A stretch of 64,000 nucleotides of DNA from Phaeosaccion multiseriatum. Taxonomy: Eukaryota > Protista > Ochrophyta, other classes. This document shows, piece after piece, positions 12,382-23,600 of this stretch. The notes beneath the pieces are model-generated. The model did not search any database. It saw nothing but the letters and a program-made list of their open reading frames with translations, and was not told where the DNA came from. The translations under genes were made by a program, and so were the position numbers. The DNA is taken from positions 62,001-126,000 of the forward strand of contig OZ218959.1 in assembly GCA_965112735.1 (NCBI GenBank), read 5' to 3'. Within the stretch, counting starts at the first letter, position 1, and every line of letters starts with the position of its first letter.

Positions 12382-13158
12382 TCACGGGCCGCCCCCCCCA
12401 CCCGCCCCCGGCATGTTAAGCATCTGCATCAGGCGCTGGCTGCTGCTCTGCCCGCTGCCAGTGCTGCTCTGATGACCGTTGCTGCTACTAATCTCCTCTT
12501 GGCTGCTGCTCACCACGCCGTTCAAGGGAGGATGCGGCTGCTGCCCCTGCCCCTGCGGCCCTTGTCCCTTCTGCATCTGCTGCTGTTGCTGCTGTTGCTG
12601 CTGTTGCTGCTGTTGCTGCTGGAGGTATCGGCTGCCGCCACCCCGACTGGGCTCGTGGAATGCGAACTTGGCTTGGTGCTGATGCAGCAGTTGGTGTCGA
12701 GAAAGGACGGAGGCACGCGCAACGGGAGACATAAGAGACGTAAGAGAGATTGAAGACGAGACGAGGCGGAGGGACTGACTCCCCTCCCCTCCTGCCCATA
12801 TGACTGACTCCCTCCTGCCCATATGACTGACTCCCTCCTGCCCATATGACTGACTGTGACATACCTTCCTCTGCTCCGGGGGCCCTTGCTGCTGGCCCTG
12901 CGCTGCCCCCGCGGGGTCCTCCCCCCCGGGGTCCTCCGGGCTCATCCCAAGGGCTGCCATGAGGTCCACCTCGGCCCTCTTACGCACCTGCTTGGGCTGA
13001 TTGGGCTGCTGACCCCCAACCTGCCCAACCTGCCCAACCTGCTGCTGCTGTACCACCAATTGCTGCGGCTGTTGCGGCTGCTGCGGCCCCTGGGGGGGAG
13101 GGGGGGGTGGCGGAGGCGGAGGCACCTGCTGGGGGGGCAAGTACGCTCCCCCCTGTGC

Positions 13159-13199
<41 letters not shown>

Positions 13200-13438
13200 C
13201 CTGTAGCACCAAGTGCTGCGGCTGCGGCGGCTGGCCAGGCTGTCCTGGCACCTGCTGGAACTGGCCCATGACGTTCGCCGGTGGCTGCTGCCCCTGTATC
13301 ACCAACTGCTGCGGCGGGTGCTGAGCATAGCCCACCCCAGCCACAACCCCGGCTCCAGGGGGGTTGGCCATGCGCTGCTGCTGCTGCTGCTGCTGCATCA
13401 CCAACTGCTGCTGCTGGAGGTGCATCTGGTACTTCTGG

Positions 13439-13474
<36 letters not shown>

Positions 13475-14944
13475 ATGGACATATGCGGGTGCTGCATCGA
13501 CAGCCCGTGGCCCTGCCCTTGCAAGGGGGGTTGGTGCTGATGCTGAAGCTGTGGCTGGTGCGTGTGAGCAGGAGGCGGAAGGGCGCGAGACAGCAGCGCT
13601 TGCTGTTGTTGTTGCGGCTGTGGGACTGGGACTGGGCGGGGCTGCTGCTGCTGAAGCTGTGGGGGGAGCTGCCGTTGGAGGTGTCCGGGTGGCTGATTGG
13701 GCTGCGACGGAGGGGGCGGCGGCGGCCGTGACTGTACCACCATCTGCGGGGCTTGTCGGGGCTGCTGCGGCTGGGGCTGTGCCCTAAGCTGCTGCATCAC
13801 CAACTGCTGGTCCTGCGAAGGCGGGGGCGGAGGCGGCGTGAGGTACCTCCTGGGCTGCTGCAGAGCCCCCGCCCCTGCACCCGCCGCGGCCAACGGCTCG
13901 ACCCCTGCCTGCCCTCCCTGCCCTGCCTGCCCCCCCTGCTGTACCACCAACGGGCCGGTCCTGTTACCGCTGCTGCTGTCCATCTTCATCATACTCTTAA
14001 GCAGTGCCGTGCCGCTGTAGTCCACCTTGCGCGCCCCGCCTGCCCCTGAGGAGGAGGACGGAGCGTCGCCATTTGAAGCTATTGGACCGCCACCACCCGT
14101 ACTCGGCAAGGAGGGCCCAGGCCCAGGCCCAGGCAATGATGCCTTGTCTATGCTTTCCGCGAGACCGACCTTCGTCTTCGCCTTTGCGCCTGCCGTATCA
14201 CCAACTGCTGCTGCTACTGCTCCCGGGCCGGTGCGTGTGCTGCCATCTCCCCCTATCCTCCCCCCCTTGCCTCGTCCCCCCATCGTATCGAAGCGGAAAC
14301 CGTCCACGGAGGAGCGGCTCTCGCCGGGAGGCATGAAGGAGAAGAGCCCCCCCCCGCCCCCCTCCCTGTCACCCTCTCTTGCCGCCCCGAGTCGAGAGGA
14401 GCTGACCCCCCCCCCCCCCCAGAAGCCGTCCGACGCCACATCCCCCTTGAACAGGTTGGCAATGTAGTCATCCAAGGGCGGAGCAGCAGCAGTCGGCGGT
14501 AAAGCCGTCGCCAAGCCTCCCTCCGCAGATTGCCGCTCCCCACTGTCCTGCAATGAGCTGCCGGTATCTGCTGCTGTATCACCAACTATTGGTGCTGCTG
14601 CTGTATCGACTGGTGATGTATCATCAACTGGTTCAGATGTATCACCAACTGCTTCATCAGCAACGCTTTTGTGGCGTGTGTAACTGCCGTGGTTCTTGGC
14701 GTAGAGTTGCTTCTCGGCCTCGAACTTCTCTCGGGACTCGCTGCTAAAGGCGCTGCGAGCACAAGAGGGGCCACACACACAAGAGAGGGAGAAAGAGAGA
14801 GAGAGAGAGACATTGCGAGGCAGTGGGTGGCGCAGGAGGAGGGGAGACGGGGGTGTACCAACATCATCATCATCATCATCATCCTCATCACCATTATCAT
14901 CATCGTCATCATCCTCATCCTCATCATCATCATCATCATCATCG

Positions 14945-14987
<43 letters not shown>

Positions 14988-15016
14988 CATCGTCATCATC
15001 ATCATCATCATCATCG

Positions 15017-15051
<35 letters not shown>

Positions 15052-15052
15052 G

Positions 15053-15099
<47 letters not shown>

Positions 15100-15100
15100 G

Positions 15101-15148
<48 letters not shown>

Positions 15149-15419
15149 CCATTATCATCATCGTCATCATCATCATCATCGTCATCTTCATCATCCTCAT
15201 CGTCATCATCCTCATCCTCATCACCATTATCATCATCATCATCATCATCATCATCGTCATCATCATCATCATCCTCATCATCATCTCATCATCATTATCA
15301 TCATCATCATCATGTCATCATCATCATCCTCGCCACCATTATCATCATCATCATCATCGTCATCATCATCATCATCATCCTCCTCATCACCATTATCATC
15401 ATCATCCTCATCCTCATCC

Positions 15420-15455
<36 letters not shown>

Positions 15456-16219
15456 GAAGCCACGATCTCAATACACCATCTTGCAGCAACTTTTACCCCA
15501 AGAAGTACGTACCTAAAGTCCATGCTGCTTGGGCCAACTTCGGGCATGTCCCAGATGTCGTCTGCAAGGGGCTCCTCCTCATCGTATCCCCTCCTCCCGC
15601 CCCCCCCGTCCGCTCCTCTGCGGCCGTCACTACGCTGCGTATTGAAACCGCCACCCCTGCCACACGCGAAGATGCCCAAGGGAGGAGAGGGGAGGGGAGG
15701 AGGAGGGTCAGTCGGGGAGAGGCCAAGACAGGCAAGACAAAGACAGAGCAAGCGTTACAAAATGAGTGCTAGCGTAGAGCGTCGCGTCAGTCACTGAGAA
15801 TGCTTGACATGCTTGACACGCTTGACATGCAAGCCTCAACCCGAGATCCGATGATTGACATCACTGCCCTTCTCTTGTCTCGTCTCCTTCCCCTCCTCCC
15901 TCCCCCCCCCCGCCACGCACTCACATGTCTCGATCTCGCCCCCCCCCGCGCACTCCTCCATATCTGTCTCTATCCTTTCCGCCCATGCCGCCCCCCCCAC
16001 CGAAGCTGCCGGACCCGTACCTATCCCCCTCCCTCTCCCTCTCCCTCTCCCTCTCCCTCTCCCTCTCCCTCTCCCTTCCGTATGCTACGCCCGACTCGGG
16101 GTTGAGGGCGTCCCAGCGAGAAGGCTTGCTGCCTGAAAAGGGGAGTGCGAGTTTCAGTTCAGAGGTGAGGAAGGCAGGTGCAAGCATATGGGAGAGCCAG
16201 GACGGTGCCAGATAGGACG

Positions 16220-16252
<33 letters not shown>

Positions 16253-17082
16253 ACACACACACACACACACACCTGCTGGTCTGGGCGGAGGAACGATATC
16301 TCTGCTCTTCCTGCCGCCAGGAGGGCTCCGATCTCTGAGGCCGTCTCTGAGGCCGAATCTGATGCGCGGAAGTGGGGGGAGGTGGGGCACATAGAGAGAG
16401 AGGCCAGTTTAAGTGTCATTTTGAGGTTGAGTTGAAGAGTGCTCCCGGAAGGCCCTCCCATTACCCTCCTCCTCCTCCTCCTCCTCCTCCTCCCCACCCC
16501 CCTCCTCGGTGTCTCACCTGCTCGGCATCACTCCTCTCCCCTCCTTGTGATGCGACCCCGTGCCCATGTCAGGCGAGTACCCTGCCCCTTTCCCCCCAGG
16601 CGAGAGAGCCCCGATGCCGCCCGCCCCGACAGGAGACCTCCTTGTGGCCGTCCCCCGGCCCTTGTGCGGCCCTCCCGCCCCCCCTCCACTCTCCGCAAAG
16701 AAGGCCGCGTGCAGGTCCCTCGCTGTGCCCGGCTTGAGCTCGCAGAAGGGGTGCTCGCCAGGCAGCTCTGTGCACGTGGCATCTCCGGGTTTGAAGGGGC
16801 TGTGTGTGTGGGGAGGGGGGGGAGAGGGGAAGAGGAGAGGAAGGTTAGAGGCATGACTAAGATGGAAGGGGGCATAGGGGGAGTGAGAGGAAGCATCAAG
16901 CATTGTCCTCGCCGCCCAATCACGCACCGAATATCTGTAAAGTTGAAGGCCAGTAACTCCTCGGGACAGGGCTGCTTCAGCAAGTCCTTGTCGCGACCGA
17001 TGCTCAGCAAGCGGTTTATGGAATAGTTGGCTTTGAAGCCAGACCCGCTCTTCTTCAGGTTCTGGGGGCGGCGGAGAGACAT
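12382..17082 (-). CDS. Large disordered Q/P/G-rich protein with an N-terminal YxxxxLL eIF4E-binding-like motif (4E-T/GIGYF-like candidate), multi-exon
   Basis: Exon 1 is MSLRRPQNLKKSGSGFKANYSINRLLSIG. Later exons are RE/RG-rich. DEEEPLADDIWDMPEVGPSSMDF|SAFSSESREKFEAEK joins in phase across intron 14753-15512. Long poly-Q C-terminal region. Confidence 0.6.
14862..15455. repeat. ~590 bp imperfect (CAT)n microsatellite within an intron
   Basis: Continuous CAT array with CCT/CGT/TAT variants. It produces the spurious poly-M/I/S/H/D ORFs in the track. Confidence 0.97.
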
Positions 17083-17656
17083 GGCCCTCTACTATTCGGC
17101 CCTCTGCGTCTCCTCCGCTCCCCCCCGTCCTTCCCTATGTCCTCCTCCCTTCGAGAAGGTGCCAAAGCTACAGGTGTCTGCCTCGCCGAGGATTTTGCTC
17201 AGACGAGCCAATCGCGGTTGCCCGCACCGGTGCACCCCCTCCCCTCCTCCCCCCCCCCTCCGCTTTCTCTCTGAGGAGGTCCAAGAGGAAAGGGGAGCAG
17301 CGATAAAGTGCCTTATTGCAGGGAGTGTGCTCGCAACTGGTGGGGGCCTTTTCTTCTTCTGTGTTGCCACTCTTGCTGGTGCTTTCTCTTCGTTGGCTTC
17401 TTCCCCCTGCACCTCCTGCCTCACACCTCGCTCGCCACACCCTTTCCTGCTGTTTCCCCCTCTTTCACTCTCTCTACTCGCTCTCACTCTAATGCTCTAC
17501 TCGCCCCGGATCCAGGGAAAATGTGCTTAAACTAAAATTGGAATGGCCCCCCCCTCCCTCCTCCTCCTCCCCTCTGATACCTATAGACTGTGGACCAAAA
17601 GCCATGGGTCCAGCAAGTAACAGAATAAACAAGCGCAGAGGAACAGGAACACTCTG

Positions 17657-20600
17657 ATGGGGAAGAACAAGGGCCGCGCGAGTCATCCAGGGGGAGCAGG
17701 AGGCGGCGGAGTGGGAGGCAGCACAAGCACAGGGTTCATCGGCTTCTCCTCCTTCGCCACCCCCGACGCCGCGCAGAAGTCCTCGGGCGAGGGGAAGCGC
17801 GACGAGCATGAGAACTCCTCTCCTTCCCTCCCCCCTCCCGCCTTCAACGTGTCCCTGCCGCCCTTCTACGACGGCAACAGCCCCGAGCTCATGGTGATAT
17901 GCAAGCGCCTGGTCAAGAAGGACACCACCACCAAGCTCAAGGCCTTGGCGGAGCTCACGGCGATTGGCGAGGAGTGGCTGCAGACCTGTGGGCCCGCCCC
18001 TCCTGCTGGCAGCGGCAATGGGGGGGGGAAGGGAGGGGTGAGATCCGCAGAGGCGGTGGAGGCGCTGTCGCTCCTGGCTGGCTTCGTCCCGCACTGGATC
18101 TTCCTCTTCACGCGCCTGCTGCTGGACAACAACCGCCGTCTGAGAGAGGGCATCAGCAAGGTGGTGGGTGTGCTCATGAAGGTCAAAGGAGGCAAGAAGG
18201 CCTTTGCGCCCTACCTGAAGATGCTCATGGGGCCATGGTGGTGAGTGAGAGAGAGCGAGAGAGTGTGTGGGTGTGTCTGTGCGAGCGAGGGAGAAGATAA
18301 GAGGGGAAAGAGAGAACGGCAAGTTCGCTGTCAGTGGAGCAGCAGAGTGTGAGGGTGCACGTGGGAGTGCATCGCCCCCCCCCCTGCTTTTCTTGTGTCT
18401 TAAAGCCGATCCCACCCGCCCTCCTCTCTCTCCCTGTCCCTCGCTCTGTCCGCAGGTGCGCGTCTGCCGATCCCGTGCCCGAAGTGTCCTCCGCCGCCAA
18501 GGCCGCCCTGGCGCAGGCCTTCCCTGCCTCCCGCCTGCCCGAGGTGCTGTATCTGAGCAGCGGGCACATTCTGGGTTACGTGAGCTTCAGCCTGCAGCAG
18601 AGGCCTGACTCGCTCAAGGACCTGGCCAGCTGCTCGTGAGTGTCTCGGCGCTCCTTGTAGAGTAGTCCGTTCGGAGCCTTTCACCCTCCTCGGGGCCGTG
18701 TCCATTTCCTCTCCTTGCACTGACCGGAGCCGCTCGCCAATACGATTGGCTGACTCACTGACTGACTGACTGACTGACTGACTGACTGACTGACTGACTG
18801 ACTGATCAGGGCCGCGGAGGCTGAGGAGCGCTTTGAGCGGGTGGTGTCTACGGCGCTGAACGGCTTAGCTTCTCTGCTGGAGACTCTCTCAGAAGAGAGG
18901 CTCAGGGAGCTGTGCGCAGACCAAGCACAAGAGGAGCAAGAGGAGGGTGAGCACGGAGAGAGAGAGCGAGAGGAAGGCGTGATATGACTGCATCTGCCTC
19001 TCCACCTCTCAACCCCCCCCCCCCATCCACTCTCACCCCTCTCTTACTCAGACGCGTGGTCAGCGGCGTATGGGCAGCCCCAGGCGTCCGAGTCGCTGCG
19101 GCTGAGCTCTGTGGTGACAGACTCCCTGTGGAGGAAGCTCAGCAGCAAGCGGCCCGTGATCCGCAGGGCGGCGTATCGAGTACTTGGGGCGTGTTGCTCG
19201 GCCTGCCCGGCCCTGCTCGAGGTGGGTAGGGGGTATAGGGTATACTTGGGGTATAGGGTATGGCAGAGGGAGGTGGGTAAAGGGAGAGGGGGTGTAGGGT
19301 AAAGTAGAGAGGTTCTGATGTCTCAATCCATTTGTGACCTTCATACCCATATGCCTGCATCGTTTCCTCGCAGCGGAGCTTGCCATTGTCGGCCTCGGCA
19401 CCCCAAGAGCCTCAACAGCCCAAACAGCAGCCCAAACAGCAGCCCAAACAGGCCAAGGAAGCAACGGGAGGAGGAGAAGGAGGAGGAGGGGAAGATGGGC
19501 GAGGGGGAGAAGGAGGAGGCAAAGCGGCAGGCAAGGGGGGGGGGGGCAAGGCAGGAGGCAAAGGCAAAGGCAAAGGTAAGGGCCAAGAGAGTCACAAGAG
19601 GGGGCGGTCATTGTCGCTGTCGCTTGTGGCGCTGGGGCGACTCGTGGAGGAGGAGGACACAGGGAACATTCCCAAAGCATGGGAGGCGGCGCTGCTCCTC
19701 TGCAGAACCTTCCCAGGGCTGTGGGCTGACGACGACGTGGTGAAGTTGGTGCTTCCCCGCCTACTAGACAAGCTTGGCAAGGGGCACTTCGCACCGGTGG
19801 CAGGTAAGTGAGTGTGAGTGAGGCCCGCGCTGTTACTGCCTGGCATGCTTACATCGGGGGTCGTCAGGGATGAAGCGGGCATGCCCTCTTTTTTTCGTGC
19901 ATGGCAGTGGATGGCAGTGGATGGCCGTGGATTGCGGTGCATGGCGGCCTCACAGGAAGGAGGGAAGTCACTCGGTCTCTGTCTGTCTGTCCGTCTGTCT
20001 GTCTGTCTTTCCGCTCTCTCACCATTTCCCCTCTTTGCTTCTGTCGCTCTCTCGCTCTCCCGCTGTATACCACCAACTGCTGTACCAGGCGCGGTGTACC
20101 CGTCTCTGCTGCCCCTCCTCGCCTCCATCCCCAAAGACGTCTGCGCCACCCTCGCTGTGCAGCAGAGCGGAGGGGAGGCATTGCATGGGGCAGGGGCGGC
20201 TCCTTTCTATGCCTTGTTTCTGGATCGGCTGTGGGCAGGGGCGGCGAGCGGCGCAGTGAGTGACGTCAGCGCGTTGGCCGCGGTGGTGACTGCGGCGGTG
20301 GAGTGCGCGACCTACCTGCTGCTCAGCCTCTCGCCAGGTGGGGAAGGGGAGGGGATGGCAGTGGATGGGGCGGAGGGATGGCTGTGGACGGGGACGTGAA
20401 GACTGATTGACTAGGCGGATGGGAGGGCTGATGATGGCTGAAGTCAAGTGCAACTGCAAAGGAGAAAAGATAAGTAAAGAGAAGACTTATCCTGTGCCCC
20501 CGCTCGCTACCCTGTCTGCCCCTCTCCTCTCGGCTCCTCTCGGCTCTGGCTACAGATGGCGAGGGTGCCGCCGCGGAGAAAGAGCTTCTCAGCGCCTTCC

Positions 20601-23600
20601 TAGCCAAAGTCTTCGGCTCTCTGCTCGGCAGTGCCGAAGGAGCTGAGAGTCACTGGACTCACTCGGCCGTCTCTGTGTCGCTCCACCCCCGCCTGGGGAG
20701 GGCCGTGCAAGAGGCACTGGGCGTGTCTTTGGCGCAGCTGCACAAAGGAGCGGCGAGGGGGAAGGGACTCATGGGGGATTGCAGTGAAGGGGTGTGGCTC
20801 GCCTTGAGGAAGTGCTTCGGGGCTCGCTTAGCGGTGGTGGGGGACGGGCAAGGGGGGGGGGAGGGAGACGCCCATGTGGGGAACTGGGTCGCTCGCCTGC
20901 TCTGCGCGGCGGTCGAGGCTGGGGCAAAGGAGAAGGAACAGAAAGGGGAGGGGGGGGGGGAGGGAGGTGCCCTGGAGGGGCTCTGCGGGCACTTGTTTGG
21001 GGACTGCCTCCTGAGGCTCCAGGGACTCGGGCCTGGCTCTGGCACTGGTCCAGGACAAGCAGCGAGGTCAAGCGGAGGTGAAGGGGGTGAGGAGGAGGAG
21101 GAGGAAGAGGAGGAGGAGGAGGAGGAGGAGGAGGAGGAGGAGGAAGGGGGGGGAAGGGAGGAGGACGAGGGACAGGAGGAAGGGAATCACCGAATCGAGG
21201 AGGGCAGGCAGTCAGGGCGGGCGGTGCTGCTGCGCTTTGCGGCCGACCTGGGGTGCGCTCTGGGGCTGCAGGGGGGCGTCTTCAGGCATGCAGATGGCAT
21301 TCAACGGGGGGTTACAGATGGCACTGGACGCGACAGAGCGAGCAGGCTGTTCGAGGACGTGCTGGTGCCGCTTTGGAGAGAGGCGGTGGGGCAGGTGAGG
21401 GGTTGTGTGTACCCGTATGCTTGCGGATGGGGACAGGGACGGCTTGGGGCTGGGGCTTAGGGTGACAGAGGGGGGGCTTAAGGTGACTTTATCTCCTGCG
21501 GGCAGCGTGAGCCCACCTTTCTAATCTTTGACCCGACCCCATTGGCCCAAATTGTGTGAATGAGTATCCTTCCTTCCACCGACTTCCCTTCCATCCTCCC
21601 TCCCTTCCTTCCTTCCTTCCTTCCTTCCTTCCTTCCTTCCTTCCTTCCTTCCTTCCCTTCTTCCTCCCATCCTTCCTCCCATCCTTCCTCCTAACCTCCC
21701 TTCCTTCCTCCCTCCCTTCGTTCCCCCTCCCATCTGTCCCTCTAATCTGACGTCATCCCTGCCCCTCCTTCCCTCAGAGTGCCTTGGAGGACGAGTACGC
21801 CGTCCCGGGGGATACGGCCACCTCCACTGCCATCCCGCCCTCCGCCGTGGCTGATCTCGCTCGCCTCATCTCACGACATGTGCAAGAGGTGCAAGAGGAG
21901 GGGATGGTAGTCGATGGCACAGACGGGATGGCAGTGGATGGGGCCACACAGACACAGGGCGGGACTGCGGCGGCGGTGCCCCTGCTGGCGCTGCTACTGT
22001 ACGGCACCCTCGCTCTCTTCCCGCCGGGCCTGCCTGCAGGGGAGTGCCCGCGCTGCCTCGACGCACTCTACCTGCTGCTGAAGATGGCAGCAGACGTCAC
22101 CAAGCGCAGCCGCAGTCATACGGGCAGTCCTGTGGGCAGTCCTGTGGGCAGTCCTGTGGGCAGTCCTATTGGCAGTGCCCTCTCGCCTCTCGGGGCCGCC
22201 ACAGAGGATGTGGACAGACTGGCTGCTGACGTCATCACGTCCCCAGGGGGGGGCAGTGCCAACGTGGCCAACTTCGTGCAAGTGTGCCTCGGGTGAGTGA
22301 GTGTGAGGGGCAGTGTGAGTGGCAGTGTGAGTGGCAGTGTGAGTGGCAGTGTGAGTGGCAGTGTGAGTGGCAGTGTGAGTGGCAGTGTGAGTGGCAGTGT
22401 GAGTGGCAGTGTGAGTGGCAGTGTGAGTGGCAGTGTGAGTGGCAGTGTGAGTGGCAGTGTGAGTGGCAGTGTGAGTGGCAGTGTGAGTGGCAGTGTGCGT
22501 GGTAGTGTGAGCACCCGTCATGCCCTCATACCCTCCCTCCCTTTGCCTCTCCCCCCAACAGCTTCGCAGACGGAGACTTCCTGTGCGCCCCTCTGGTTTC
22601 CGAGCGGGGCTGCCGGGCCATCCTCGAGGGGAGGGGCTTCACTCCCATCGCGCTGCTGCCCATGCTAACCCGCGCTGTCAGTCAGGTACAGGTACAGGTA
22701 CAGGCCAGCGACACGACACAGGGTACACCGGGCACACAGGGCACACCGGGCACACAGGGCAGTGCAGCGGAGGGGCTCCGAGCTGGGGCTGTGGGCATCT
22801 TGCTCGAGGCGCTGAAGGGCTGCGGGGTGCTGGCGGGGGCCAAAGAGGCTCTAGAGAGGCACGCTCCCTGCGTACTGAGGCAAGCAAGCGTCAGGCAAGA
22901 CTTCTCGGCTCGGGCCGTGGTCTACTTCAGAGAGGCTCTGCACCTCACAGATGGTGGAAAGGGGGCGGCGGAGAGCCAACAGGAGCATGTGCAGAATGCG
23001 GCCTCTGTGGTGGGGTGTCAGGCGCTGCTGCTGGTGCGCCTTGTGGGCCGGGAGGTGCTGGAGGATATTGGAGTGGCACAAGCAAGCACGTGGAGCAGGC
23101 TGCGCACGGCCAGCCAGTTGGAGGTGTACGGGCGGGTGTACTCCGTGCTGCTGGAGATGCTGCGAGGGCAAAGCGGCGGCGCGGAGGGGGCGCGGCAGCT
23201 GCTGGGCCTAGACAGGAGTCATGTGGGCAGCGAAGGGGCAAGACATGACAGGGGCAGTGGAGGAGGAGGGGGAGGAGGGCTTCTTCTCTACGAGCTGCTG
23301 GTGGCGTCCTCCATCCTCGGGGCGGGGGGCGGCTTGTCCTCGTCCTCGTCTCTGTCGGGCGGCAGCAGCGGGAGCAGGGTGTGTGGCTGCGAGAGCGGCC
23401 CCTTTACGGCACTGAGGGTGGGGCAGCAAAGGGCTCCACACGAAGCGCTGCTGGTGCACACAGCCGCCCTCGCTGCTGCCGATAGGACTCCAGCTGCTGC
23501 CGATAGGACTCCAGCTGCTGGAGAAGGGGGCCTGAGTGTCAGCAAGGGTACATCGTTGTTCCCGCCCCTTGCTCCTCTCCTGCTCGGGAAGGGGGAAGAA

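Noticed and set aside
14586-15797. Long poly-M, poly-I, poly-S and poly-H ORFs
   Set aside because: Artefacts of the intronic (CAT)n microsatellite. The flanking exons splice in phase around it.
21994-22668. (HTAT)n, (CEWQ)n and (SGSV)n ORFs
   Set aside because: Translations of a 12 bp intronic tandem repeat.
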